Origin: a virus
Taxonomy: Duplodnaviria; Caudoviricetes
Direction: 5' to 3' (one strand)
Length of the DNA: 50,822 nucleotides
Virus record (IMG/VR): IMGVR_UViG_3300037423_000868
Coordinates: 1-50,822 of that record
Part shown: positions 34,452-43,100 of the stretch, one piece after another
How positions within the stretch are numbered: the first letter of the stretch is position 1
Layout: each line of letters opens with the position of its first letter
Program-made: the position numbers and the translations under genes
The notes under the pieces: generated by a model
Seen by the model: the letters and a program-made list of their open reading frames with translations, nothing else
The model's database searches: none
Told to the model about the DNA's origin: nothing

Positions 34452-34892
34452 TCAGTTCCTCCCCGAGTGACCAAAGCCCCCATCGCCGCGCTCGCTGGCG
34501 TCGAATGCCTCCACGACTTCCCATTCCACGCGCTCGATGCGCTGCACGATCAGTTGCGCGATGCGCTCGCCCGGCTGGATCTCATACGCACGGTCGCTAC
34601 GGTTCCATGCGCTGATCATCAATTCGCCCTGGTACGGCGCATCGATCGTGCCGGTGAGGTTGCCGAGCACGATGCCGTGCTTGTGGCCGAGGCCAGAGCG
34701 CGGCAGGATGAATGCCACGAAGTTCTGGTCCGCGACATGGACCGCGATGCCGGTCGGGATCAGACGGCACTCGCCCGACTGCAGCCACATCGCTTTCGGC
34801 AGATAGGCACGCAGGTCCATGCCGGCGTCACCGGGCCGCGCGTAGGCGGGCAGTTCGGCGTCTGGGTATAGCTTCTTGATCTGTACTTTCAT
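34452..34892 (-). CDS. dut: dUTPase
   Basis: All five motifs: AGMDL, PRSGLG, GTIDAPYQGEL, ERIAQL, RGDGGFGHSG. Confidence 0.96.
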   Translation of the reverse strand: MKVQIKKLYPDAELPAYARPGDAGMDLRAYLPKAMWLQSGECRLIPTGIAVHVADQNFVAFILPRSGLGHKHGIVLGNLTGTIDAPYQGELMISAWNRSDRAYEIQPGERIAQLIVQRIERVEWEVVEAFDASERGDGGFGHSGRN

Positions 34893-34912
34893 GCTGCCTC
34901 TCCCTGTTCTGG

Positions 34913-35419
34913 CTACTTGATAACCAAACGTTGCGATTGCACGAGCTTCGCGCCAGGCACGTCGAACCCGTCCTTGATGGCCTGCGCGATCAGCTTCTTG
35001 TCCGGCGCCGCGACCGGCGGTTTCGGTTCCGGCAGGCGCATGTACGGCTCGGGAATCAGCGCCGGCTCGAAAATCTCGACGCTCGCCGGGTTCTTCTGCA
35101 GGCTCAGGGCGAACGTGCCTGCGCTGATCTTGGTCACGCCGGCGATTTCCATGCAGCGCTGCGTGTAGTCGCGCAGTTGCTTCTCGCGCCGGGCGATGCT
35201 CTGCTTGAGCGCGGTCAGCCGTTCGATTTCCTTGTCGATGGCGTCCTGCTCGAACTGGCAGTTGCGGATCACGTAGGTGATGTTCTGCGCCTTCTGTTCG
35301 AGGGCATAACTCTCGCCGTCTAAAGTATCGGCCAGCGTCTGCTCGTCCAGGTCAAGGTCCATCAGGCGCGTGACCATCGCGCGATGCTCGGCGGCGATCT
35401 GGAACAGGGACAGGCTCAT
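34913..35419 (-). CDS. Siphovirus Gp157-like protein
   Basis: SLFQIA..DTLD..E.KA coiled coil; PDKK.I..AIK.G.DVPGA.L. Confidence 0.85.
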   Translation of the reverse strand: MSLSLFQIAAEHRAMVTRLMDLDLDEQTLADTLDGESYALEQKAQNITYVIRNCQFEQDAIDKEIERLTALKQSIARREKQLRDYTQRCMEIAGVTKISAGTFALSLQKNPASVEIFEPALIPEPYMRLPEPKPPVAAPDKKLIAQAIKDGFDVPGAKLVQSQRLVIK

Positions 35420-35614
35420 TTATCCCTCCACCGGAAACATGGGCGTGATCTGCGGGCCGTCGAACTCCTCGTATTCCGGCTCGGCGATGCGCGCGGAAAT
35501 CGCGTCCATCTGCGTGAAGAACGGCTGCTCGATGTCACGCCGCGTGATCAGCATGGCCAGGCTGTAGAAGTAATTCGCCATGCGCGGCGGTTCGCGGTCA
35601 GGTGCGTTATTCAT
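35420..35614 (-). CDS. Hypothetical protein
   Basis: SD GGAGG; coupled to neighbours. Confidence 0.6.
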   Translation of the reverse strand: MNNAPDREPPRMANYFYSLAMLITRRDIEQPFFTQMDAISARIAEPEYEEFDGPQITPMFPVEG

Positions 35615-35931
35615 GCTGCCTCCTTTTCTTGTTGAAGAACGACGGCTTCAAAGGCCGGATAGGTGAACGAAAACACGCGGCGCCGGTGGTCGGGGCGGCC
35701 GATCATGCCGACGATCTGCAGCAGGCCGGCATTGATCAGCGCGCGCACTTTTCTCCCCAGGAAAACCCCCTTCGACTGGCGGTACTGCTGCGGCTGGTAC
35801 ATGTCGATCGTGAAGCGCTCGCAATCGTGGAAGAGCACGTACAGGTCGATCAGGAAGCGCTGCTCGGCATGGGTGAGCGCGGCATACCCGGGCGCATCAA
35901 GGACTTCGAGTGGGACGGGAATGTAGGTCAT
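35611..35931 (-). CDS. Hypothetical (wHTH-like) protein
   Basis: Coupled ORF ending KEAA. Confidence 0.6.
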   Translation of the reverse strand: MTYIPVPLEVLDAPGYAALTHAEQRFLIDLYVLFHDCERFTIDMYQPQQYRQSKGVFLGRKVRALINAGLLQIVGMIGRPDHRRRVFSFTYPAFEAVVLQQEKEAA

Positions 35932-36818
35932 GCCTGCTCTCCGAATTCCGGTTGCTGCGCCGGCATCAGCGCGGCCTTGCGCGCTTCCTTCATGGACTCG
36001 AATCGAGCCATCGCGGAAGAGTCGTGCATCCGCTGTGCTGCGGTGTAGGCGGCGGCGAATGCGGTGCGAAGGGCGGGCAGGTTTTCAGCCGCGTCAATGG
36101 CAGCCAAGTGATCGACAATCGATTCCTCGCTCATACTCTCGCCGGCATTCAGCCAGGCCAGCAGCTTCTGGCCAGTCTCGGCGGTGATCGGCTTCGGATC
36201 GCCGGCAAACAGCCTGGTGCGGTCCTTGGAGGCGACCGCGAAGTGCCCGTCATGGATCAGGTCCAAAACCACGGTGAGCTCGAATTCGAAGCCGTCACGC
36301 TGCTCGGTCTTCATGCCGAGCTTCACAACTTTCTTGCGGCCGTTTTCCTCGACCTGGGCCGTCTCGGTCTTGCTGCGGCCGGTGGCGATGATGTGCATGT
36401 TCGCCTGCAGCATCGCGTCGATGAACTTGCGGTGGCGCGGCGTCATCTCGTTCCACGCGCTCCAGGTATTGCCGCGAAACTTTGCCCGGGCGACTTCGTC
36501 GACGAGCTCTAGCACGCCGCCGGCACCGCTCCATTCGTGCGTGACGCTGTCGATGATCAGCACGTCATAGCCGGCAGCTTCCGCATCCTTGATCGCTTCG
36601 ATGTAGCGCTCGGGCGTGTAGGGGGCGCCAAGTTCCAGCACGTCGAAGTCGGCCATGTCGGCATACAGGGATGCGCTGCCGTGTTCGGTGTCGATGCAGG
36701 CGATGCGCTTGCCGAGCTCGCGGGCAATGGTCAGCGCGCCATAGGTTTTGCCGGATCCGGCAGGGCCAGTCAGGCCGAGACGTAGTTTTGCCGTTTTGCG
36801 TGTCGCTTTCTGAAACAT
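35928..36818 (-). CDS. Sak4-like P-loop ATPase (recombination / annealing)
   Basis: F.KA.RK..KLRL.L.GPAGSGKT, IDTE.GSA.LYA, IIDS.THEW.G.GG, QRDG.EFE. Confidence 0.87.
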   Translation of the reverse strand: MFQKATRKTAKLRLGLTGPAGSGKTYGALTIARELGKRIACIDTEHGSASLYADMADFDVLELGAPYTPERYIEAIKDAEAAGYDVLIIDSVTHEWSGAGGVLELVDEVARAKFRGNTWSAWNEMTPRHRKFIDAMLQANMHIIATGRSKTETAQVEENGRKKVVKLGMKTEQRDGFEFELTVVLDLIHDGHFAVASKDRTRLFAGDPKPITAETGQKLLAWLNAGESMSEESIVDHLAAIDAAENLPALRTAFAAAYTAAQRMHDSSAMARFESMKEARKAALMPAQQPEFGEQA

Positions 36819-36890
36819 GGTTTTCTCCTCGTTGAAGTTCGTGCCGTAGCTTGCGATTGCTTCGTTCCTAGTATTTCCAACAAAGACTGC

Positions 36891-37349
36891 TCAAATGTGC
36901 TTCCAGATCTGGAGGTTCTTTATCTTGTTCACGTTGCCGAGCGATATCCCGTATTCCTTCGCTACCGTTCTGTCAGAGCGCATATCAGTACGGATTGCCA
37001 GGACATCGTCTCGAGTTAATTTCGCTCTGCCATGCGCCTCTCCTTTCGGCCCGGCTTTGTGTGCGCGTCCTTTACTTGTCATGTCGCGCATGTTGTCCAC
37101 GTGCGTTCCGAGAAACAGATGGTCAGGATTTACGCAGGCAGGGTTGTCGCACTTGTGGCAAACAAACATGTCAGGGGCTATAGGGCCGACATACAGCTCA
37201 TAGGAGATTCGATGCGCTGACTTATGCACTCGATTAACCCCGATAGACCCGTAGCCATCTTTTCTTCTATGGGCGGTCCATATCCAGCAACCCGGAGTTA
37301 TCTGAATCTTTTCCTCGAACCGTTCTTTGAGAGGTCTGGCTATCGGCAT
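36891..37349 (-). CDS. HNH homing endonuclease
   Basis: CWIW..GYG..AHR.SY..VCHKCDNPACVNPDHLFLGT..DN; appears AT-richer than neighbours. Confidence 0.92.
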   Translation of the reverse strand: MPIARPLKERFEEKIQITPGCWIWTAHRRKDGYGSIGVNRVHKSAHRISYELYVGPIAPDMFVCHKCDNPACVNPDHLFLGTHVDNMRDMTSKGRAHKAGPKGEAHGRAKLTRDDVLAIRTDMRSDRTVAKEYGISLGNVNKIKNLQIWKHI

Positions 37350-37646
37350 TTCTTTCCCTCGTCGTCGTTATCTGTTCCTCATGCCACAACAGGTATTCCT
37401 CAAGCTCTTGTTGCTGCCGCCAACATGCGCCGTCGCTATTGCCATCCATAGCGCCTCCCATGTCGTTTTGCGGCTCGGTGAGCGGCAATCCAACTCCATT
37501 CAAGGCTTCGGTAATAGAAGAACAACTTCATGTAAGTCTTCATTGAAGTCCTCTGCACAGTGCGTCCAGGACGATGATCAGCAGCACGGTGCCGATCACT
37601 TCGATACGGGTAATCTCCTTTGCTGCTGTCATGCCGTTCTCCCTTG

Positions 37647-37811
37647 TTATTCGATGGTCTGTGCTTTCTTCATCGCCGCCGCCGCTTCGGCCCTGGCGAT
37701 CTCGCTCATCAGGGTGATGCGGTACGCGCTGCAAATCTTGTTTCTCGGGTCATCCAGTACCAGCTGCAAAATCTTCGTCAGGGACTGCAGGTGCTGCTCT
37801 GCTTCGGTCAT
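37647..37811 (-). CDS. Small hypothetical protein (54 aa; not in the ORF track)
   Basis: SD GGAG; MTEAEQHLQSLTKILQLVL...KAQTIE. Confidence 0.55.
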   Translation of the reverse strand: MTEAEQHLQSLTKILQLVLDDPRNKICSAYRITLMSEIARAEAAAAMKKAQTIE

Positions 37812-38134
37812 GCCAGCTCCACGTAAAAATCCAGTTCCTTCGGTATGGCGATCGTGTCGCGCATCTGCTGCACGATGGCCGGCGGCAGGTAGTCCAGGCA
37901 GTCGACGCCGGCCGGGAAGCGCATCAGCCGGCCCTCTCCGCCATCCAGATCGATGGCTTTGCGCGGAAACACGGCATCGATGCGGATGTCCGCGCCGCCT
38001 TCGCCGTTGTCCTCGGCGCTGAACACCACGTCGACCAGGGCCGGCGTCTCCAGGCCGAATTCGATATGCACGCCATCGGTGTAGGCGCGGGCGAACTTCT
38101 CGGTCCAGTCGCGGATCAGGTAAGTGGTTTGCAT
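37808..38134 (-). CDS. Hypothetical protein
   Basis: SD GAGGAG; codon usage typical of the genome. Confidence 0.7.
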   Translation of the reverse strand: MQTTYLIRDWTEKFARAYTDGVHIEFGLETPALVDVVFSAEDNGEGGADIRIDAVFPRKAIDLDGGEGRLMRFPAGVDCLDYLPPAIVQQMRDTIAIPKELDFYVELA

Positions 38135-38137
38135 GGC

Positions 38138-38371
38138 TTACTCCTCGTCCTTCACGTCGAACTTCGGCAGCGGCAGCGTCGTCAGCTGGCGGATGCGCTC
38201 GATGGCGCGCATATCCGCTTCGACGCGGTTGACGATCGGCGCCGTCAGCACGCGGCGCACGTCATCGCTCGCCTTGCGCCAGCGGTTCAGCGCGTCGAGC
38301 TTCTGCCGGATGAGTTCCAGTCGAAAATCATGAAACGGCATCGTTTGCACGGTGTTGTTGGTCGCTCCCAT
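38138..38371 (-). CDS. Hypothetical protein
   Basis: SD AGGGGG; 77 aa. Confidence 0.6.
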   Translation of the reverse strand: MGATNNTVQTMPFHDFRLELIRQKLDALNRWRKASDDVRRVLTAPIVNRVEADMRAIERIRQLTTLPLPKFDVKDEE

Positions 38372-38398
38372 GTCTCTGTCCCCCTTTTCTTGTGGATG

Positions 38399-38551
38399 TC
38401 AGGCCCCGGCCAGCAGCGCGGACACGGCCTTGCCGACAGTGGTGAACAGGTAATGGATCGGCGGCACCACGTACACGCAGACAAAGGTGATCGAGAGGGC
38501 GCTCAACAGAATCACGAGCGCATAACCGGCGAGCAGGCGTCCTGAATTCAT
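38399..38551 (-). CDS. Small membrane protein, first gene of the leftward early operon (50 aa)
   Basis: SD AAGGAG; MNSGRLLAGYALVILLSALSITFVCVYVVPP... Confidence 0.6.
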   Translation of the reverse strand: MNSGRLLAGYALVILLSALSITFVCVYVVPPIHYLFTTVGKAVSALLAGA

Positions 38552-38589
38552 CACTTTCTCCTTGCAATCAGTTTCCGTTGTGCTATGTT

Positions 38590-38609
38590 TACTGTATGTT
38601 CATACAGTA
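38590..38609. promoter_or_regulatory. LexA (SOS) box
   Basis: TACTGTATGTTCATACAGTA matches CTGT-N8-ACAG, close to consensus; abuts TTGCAA-16bp-TATGTT (38562-38589). Confidence 0.88.
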
Positions 38610-38651
38610 TCGGCTAATATCGTGCGGCTAACACCTGTTGCGTTCAATTAG

Positions 38652-38775
38652 TTAGCTGCATGCGAATAACTTTGCCAGAGACTAATAAAAAGCGCAAGGA
38701 GAATTTCGAGATATTTTTTAGAGCGGCGCGTCTATGCGGGGCGGGAAACGACGGAAACAGTGAGCCAACGGCTAA
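38652..38775. promoter_or_regulatory. Leftward early promoter region with three one-mismatch TTAG-N7-CTAA operators
   Basis: 38652-38666, 38671-38685, 38761-38775; minus-strand TTGCGC-17bp-CAAAGT. Confidence 0.55.
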
Positions 38776-38988
38776 CAGTTACGAAAGGCAACAATTTTTA
38801 TTAACCAACAGCAACGTATATGGCGTAAATTAATTTTGCGTTTAGTAATGATTTTTATAGCGATTCGGAATACCATTGGTTTCGGGTCCCATGTCGGTGC
38901 ATTCCTACAGACCATGTAGGACAAATGCGAAACGCAGCGCATCCGTGCGTGCCGTGGCCTAGTACAAAATAACTATTGCGAGGACGAG

Positions 38989-39366
38989 TTGCCGAAGAAG
39001 AAGATGCGCGCCGCAGACAAGCAGCTGCAGGCAGAGGCGAAACAGGTAATGAACTTCTACCTGGAATTGAATGCCGCGGGACGGGAATTTGTCACCGGCA
39101 TGCTGGCGGCGGCCAACATTCCCGCGTACCGGAAAACGGCCAGGGACATCACCGAATCACAAGGCCGCACCGCAGAGACACGGCCGGCGATACGGGAAGT
39201 GGATGGAGACAGACGCCGGGCCGAGCCGGCCAGCAGGGAATTGATGGCGCCGTGGGCGAATGCGCTGAAAAGGATGGACCTTGACCACATCCTCCCGAAG
39301 GGGGTCGACGCGGCCTTCAAGCAGGGCGAGCGCTATGTATTCCTCGAGTTCAAGCGCGCCGGCTGA
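38989..39366 (+). CDS. Hypothetical protein, candidate antirepressor
   Basis: SD GAGGA then TTG; convergent with the repressor; shares a bidirectional terminator. Confidence 0.6.
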   Translation: MPKKKMRAADKQLQAEAKQVMNFYLELNAAGREFVTGMLAAANIPAYRKTARDITESQGRTAETRPAIREVDGDRRRAEPASRELMAPWANALKRMDLDHILPKGVDAAFKQGERYVFLEFKRAG

Positions 39367-39369
39367 TGA

Positions 39370-39398
39370 AATAAAGCCCGCTTCGTGCGGGCTTTATT
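39370..39398. terminator. Bidirectional terminator
   Basis: AATAAAGCCCGC-TTCGT-GCGGGCTTTATT. Confidence 0.85.
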
Positions 39399-39414
39399 GT
39401 GTGTCATTCGCTGT

Positions 39415-39810
39415 CTAGGCTGCGTTCCGCGTTTCCAGCGCCGGCGACTTTGGGGCGCCCTTGGTGACCGCCCGCACCATGCCTTTTCCTTCCGGTGTGC
39501 ATTGTCGGTACAACTCAAGGATTTCCTGCTCGTCCGGGCGCAGCCATTGCAGGCTCATCCGGACGGGCGCCGCTTCCTGGTGGGCCGGCTCGTCGCGCCG
39601 CTCAATTCCCATCAGCTGATCGACTGTCAGTTGCAGCGCCAGGGCGGTCGGGCCAACATTCTCCCGCGCAATAGTCCCCTTGCGTATCCAATTGTGGACA
39701 GAAACCGGATCGACGCCGACCTCGTTGGCGAGCCATTTCTGTGACTTGTCGAGCTCGCGCAATCTCGCTTCGATGATTGGCCCGACGATATTTTCAGTTT
39801 TTCTAGTCAT
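39415..39810 (-). CDS. CI-like repressor (XRE HTH, no S24 autoprotease domain)
   Basis: SQKWLANEVGVDPVSVHNW HTH; divergent from cro; short C-terminal domain. Confidence 0.82.
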   Translation of the reverse strand: MTRKTENIVGPIIEARLRELDKSQKWLANEVGVDPVSVHNWIRKGTIARENVGPTALALQLTVDQLMGIERRDEPAHQEAAPVRMSLQWLRPDEQEILELYRQCTPEGKGMVRAVTKGAPKSPALETRNAA

Positions 39811-39845
39811 GTGCAGATTGTTGCGTCTATTGGCTCTGCGTTCAA

Positions 39846-39924
39846 TTAGGTCAAAACTAAGCGCTTTCTGTTCCATCGCAAATTTTTCCAAATAAAAATA
39901 GCCATCAGGTTAGTCTTGCGCTAA
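39846..39924. promoter_or_regulatory. Immunity operators TTAG-N7-CTAA (two perfect copies)
   Basis: 39846-39860 and 39910-39924, between the repressor and cro. Confidence 0.7.
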
Positions 39925-39933
39925 TATAAACGC

Positions 39934-40173
39934 ATGGAGACTAATCAAAGCCCCGTCGAAAAAGCCGTCGCCCTCATCGGCGGCACGAACGCGACCGCGC
40001 GCGCCCTCGGCATCAAGCCGCCATCGGTTAGCCGCTGGCTGAGAAACCAGCGCGTACCGGCCGAATGGTGCCTGGCGCTCGAGGCGCTGACGAAAGGCCA
40101 GGTCACCCGGTACGAACTGCGCCCGGACATTTTCGGGCCGAAGCCGACACGCGGCCGCCCCAAGCGCAAATAA
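39934..40173 (+). CDS. Cro-like repressor (YdaS family)
   Basis: GG..A.ARALGI.PPSVS.W..RVPAE....E..T.G.VT..ELRPDIFG. Confidence 0.88.
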   Translation: METNQSPVEKAVALIGGTNATARALGIKPPSVSRWLRNQRVPAEWCLALEALTKGQVTRYELRPDIFGPKPTRGRPKRK

Positions 40174-40203
40174 CCACCCGCAGTGCCATTAGGGAGAACG
40201 TTC

Positions 40204-40434
40204 ATGAGCCTCGATCTCGTTGATGTCCGCTTCAAGCTGCCCGCCGATCTGAATGCTGTCCTGGACGCGATCGCCGAGGCGCAGGGCCGGGAGAAATCGG
40301 CCATCGCGCGCCAGTTCGTCGAAGACGCCTTGAACAAACAATTACATCTCGTCCGCTGTGTCAATTATGAGCTATCCGCTATCGGCTTGCAGAAGATCGT
40401 CGGGGACTTCGAGGGCAAGTCAGGCAGGAAATAG
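40204..40434 (+). CDS. RHH-type regulator in the CII position
   Basis: DVRFKL......LDAIA...GREKS.IAR; SD GGGAG. Confidence 0.7.
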   Translation: MSLDLVDVRFKLPADLNAVLDAIAEAQGREKSAIARQFVEDALNKQLHLVRCVNYELSAIGLQKIVGDFEGKSGRK

Positions 40435-40499
40435 AGAGTTTGTCCTACACGAACGTCCGATAGTTGACAAATAAGTATTCAAAAACCAGGGAGAACCAC

Positions 40500-40721
40500 A
40501 TGCCGCGCCTCGTCAAAGCCCATCCACTCATCGACACGCTGCTCGCCGAGCAGCATCTCAAGCACGGCCGCGCGCTGTCGCAGTCTCTGGCGGTGCAGCC
40601 GTCGGTGATCACGAAGATCCGCAACGGCGCCGTGCCGGTGTCGGCGGAGATGATGATCCGCATCCATGAAAAGTTCGACATGCCGATCGCGCGCATCAAG
40701 GCGCTCGCGGGGCAGGCGTGA
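40500..40721 (+). CDS. HTH protein
   Basis: LIDTL....HLK..RALS..L.V.PSVITKIR.G..PV.A.MMIRIHE. Confidence 0.75.
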   Translation: MPRLVKAHPLIDTLLAEQHLKHGRALSQSLAVQPSVITKIRNGAVPVSAEMMIRIHEKFDMPIARIKALAGQA

Positions 40722-41035
40722 GCGACCGCTTCCAGGTGCTGAGCCTGTTCGCGCGCAGCCCGCGCAAGTGGAGATCCTACGACGCCGCCGCCGCGCTCGG
40801 CTTCGACACGAAGTATGCACGTGATCTGCTGAACGAAATGGCCGACAAGGGGGAGATCGAGCGCGGCGTCAATCGCGAGGTCGTCTACTGGCTGTCGCCG
40901 GATGCCGCGGCCAAGGTCGATGTCGCCGGCATCGCTGTGCCGCGCGAGGTGCAGATGCTGCGCCGGCCAGAAATGCGCGGCTACGAAGCCCGGCTGCGTG
41001 CGCAGATGACGATGGCCATGTCGACGAGGCGGTGA
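40718..41035 (+). CDS. Hypothetical wHTH-like protein
   Basis: GTGA coupling. Confidence 0.6.
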   Translation: MSDRFQVLSLFARSPRKWRSYDAAAALGFDTKYARDLLNEMADKGEIERGVNREVVYWLSPDAAAKVDVAGIAVPREVQMLRRPEMRGYEARLRAQMTMAMSTRR

Positions 41036-41508
41036 TGAACAAGCGCCCGACATTCGAAACCCGCCGCATCGTCCTGCGTGGCGCCGAGCAGCAGGAGCGT
41101 GCGCTCGCTCTGCTGCAGCATGTGCCGCTGGATTCTGACAGTCCGCTCGAAATGGTGGTGCGCGAAGAGGTCAAGCCGCGCAAGAAGTCGCAGAACGATC
41201 TGATGTGGTCCGGCCCGCTGGCGGACATCGCCGCGCAAGCCTGGGTGAATGGGCGCCAGTTCTCCGATGTCACCTGGCACGAGCACTTCAAGCGCCTGTA
41301 CCTGCCGGAAGACTTCGACGCCGAGCTGTGCAAGGAAGGCTACCGCAAGTGGGATTACACCCCGCACGGCGACAAGGTGCTCGTCGGCAGCACGACGCAG
41401 CTGACCGTCAAGGGCTTCGCGCAATACCTCGAGCAGGTCTATGCCGACGGCGCAAACATGGGCGTCGAGTTCCATGCGAACCCGAACGAGCAGCGGAGGG
41501 CCGCGTGA
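41032..41508 (+). CDS. ninB: NinB/Orf-family recombination protein
   Basis: R...QN.LMW..L.DIA.Q, W.EHFK, STT.LT...FA.YLE.V.A.GA..GV.F. Confidence 0.8.
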   Translation: MMNKRPTFETRRIVLRGAEQQERALALLQHVPLDSDSPLEMVVREEVKPRKKSQNDLMWSGPLADIAAQAWVNGRQFSDVTWHEHFKRLYLPEDFDAELCKEGYRKWDYTPHGDKVLVGSTTQLTVKGFAQYLEQVYADGANMGVEFHANPNEQRRAA

Positions 41509-42101
41509 TCCGCGCCGCGCAATCCATCAAGCCGAAACTGCGCCGCTGCAAGGTCTGCCGCGCGCCGTTTGAAAAGCGTTCGATGGCCCATGTCGCGTGC
41601 TCGCCGAAGTGCGCGCTCGAGCTCGCTGCCGCCGCGCGCGAGAAGAAGGTCCGCAAGGACTACCAATCCCGCAAGGAAGCACTGAAGACGCGCTCTGACC
41701 ACCTGAAAGCCGCGCAGACCGCCTTCAATGCTTTCGTGCGCGCCCGGGACGCCGGCAAGCCCTGCATTTGCTGCGGCCTGCCGCTAGGCGAAGGCGCGAT
41801 CGGCGGCGGCTATGACGCTGGCCACTACCGCAGCACCGGCTCGGCACCGCACCTGCGCTTCGACGAGCGCAACTGCCATGCGCAGAGGAAGCAATGCAAC
41901 CGCTACGGCGCCGGCCGGGCGGTGGATTACCGGATCGGGCTGATCGCCCGTATCGGCCAGCAGGAAGTGGAAAGCCTGGAGGCCGACCAGGAGTCGCGCA
42001 AGTGGTCAGTCGAAGACCTGATCGCCATCCGCGCGGAATACAAAAAGAAACTGAAGCAGTTGCAGCTGGCAGCACAAAAAGTGAACCCGGCGGTGCGCTA
42101 A
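41505..42101 (+). CDS. ninG: NinG/Rap-family endonuclease
   Basis: C..C..CS.KCA, AQ.AFNAFVRARD..PCICCG, DAGHYRS.G.APHLRFDE.NCHAQ. Confidence 0.9.
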   Translation: MIRAAQSIKPKLRRCKVCRAPFEKRSMAHVACSPKCALELAAAAREKKVRKDYQSRKEALKTRSDHLKAAQTAFNAFVRARDAGKPCICCGLPLGEGAIGGGYDAGHYRSTGSAPHLRFDERNCHAQRKQCNRYGAGRAVDYRIGLIARIGQQEVESLEADQESRKWSVEDLIAIRAEYKKKLKQLQLAAQKVNPAVR

Positions 42102-42138
42102 CACCCCGGGCCGTGATTCAACTTACTAGGAAAGTCGA

Positions 42139-42306
42139 ATGGAACAGATTGTATCTCATAAACATACGGTCCTGCCGAAGTGGGGCCAATTCCTGGTGGT
42201 CTATCCGACGCCAGGCCTCGAGCACGTGCCGACCGTGGCACTGATCTGCGTGACGCAACAGCAGGCAGACGAGCAGGCCGCGCTCCTGAACGGAGGCGCG
42301 CAATGA
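42139..42306 (+). CDS. Small hypothetical protein (55 aa; not in the ORF track)
   Basis: SD AGGA; stop overlaps the start of the O-like gene. Confidence 0.55.
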   Translation: MEQIVSHKHTVLPKWGQFLVVYPTPGLEHVPTVALICVTQQQADEQAALLNGGAQ

Positions 42307-43100
42307 ACACCGCTCCCATCGCCAGCATCAAGCCAAAGGCGCCGCAAGTGGAAGACGGATATACCCGCATTGCCAACGAACTGTTCGACGCCATCCTCAG
42401 CTTCGGTCTGACGGGCCGCGAACTGTCGGTCGTCATGGCAATCATCCGCAAGACCTACGGATACAACAAGAAGCAGGATGACATCTCGGCGTCGCAGATC
42501 GGCGCGCTGTGCGGGCTGGCCAGGCCGCATGTCACCAGCACGCTGAAGAAGCTTGAGGCGAAGCAGATCATCCACAAGCGCATTGGCTCTTACGGCAGCG
42601 TCATCGGCATCCAGAAGGACTATTCCCGCTGGCTGAAGGAAGAACCGAAGAACCAAAAGCGTACTAGTACCAAATTGGTACTAGTACCGATTCAGTACGA
42701 GGATAGGACCGATTTGGTACAGGGCGATAGGACCGATTCGGTACACACAAAAGACAACCTTCCAAAAGACAACCAACAAAAGACAAGCCGCGCTATCGCG
42801 CTGGCTACCTTCCTGTCGCGCTGCAAGGACGAGAACAGGAAGCCTGTTCCTGAAGACGATCCCGTCTTCTCCTATGCCGACAGCGTCGGCATCCCCATCG
42901 AGTTCATCCGCCTGGCCTGGGTCGAGTTCAAGCGCAAGTACACCGAGAAGGGTGCGAAACGGTACATCAACTGGAACCAGCATTTCCAGAACGCCGTGCG
43001 CGAGAACTGGTATCGCATCTGGTTCGAGAAGGGCGGCACCTGGGAGCTGACCACCCGCGGCCTGCAAATCCAAAAAGAACTCAAGGAGGCAAAACAATGA
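42303..43100 (+). CDS. Lambda O-like replication initiator
   Basis: PQVEDGYTRIANEL..AI.RKTYGYNKK.D.I..SQ; internal iterons. Confidence 0.9.
   Translation: MNTAPIASIKPKAPQVEDGYTRIANELFDAILSFGLTGRELSVVMAIIRKTYGYNKKQDDISASQIGALCGLARPHVTSTLKKLEAKQIIHKRIGSYGSVIGIQKDYSRWLKEEPKNQKRTSTKLVLVPIQYEDRTDLVQGDRTDSVHTKDNLPKDNQQKTSRAIALATFLSRCKDENRKPVPEDDPVFSYADSVGIPIEFIRLAWVEFKRKYTEKGAKRYINWNQHFQNAVRENWYRIWFEKGGTWELTTRGLQIQKELKEAKQ
42665..42786 (+). repeat. Lytic origin: four 17-bp iterons plus A-rich repeats inside the O-like gene
   Basis: TAGKACCRAWTYRGTAC at 42665, 42682, 42704 and 42728; then three AAAAGACAA. Confidence 0.85.
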
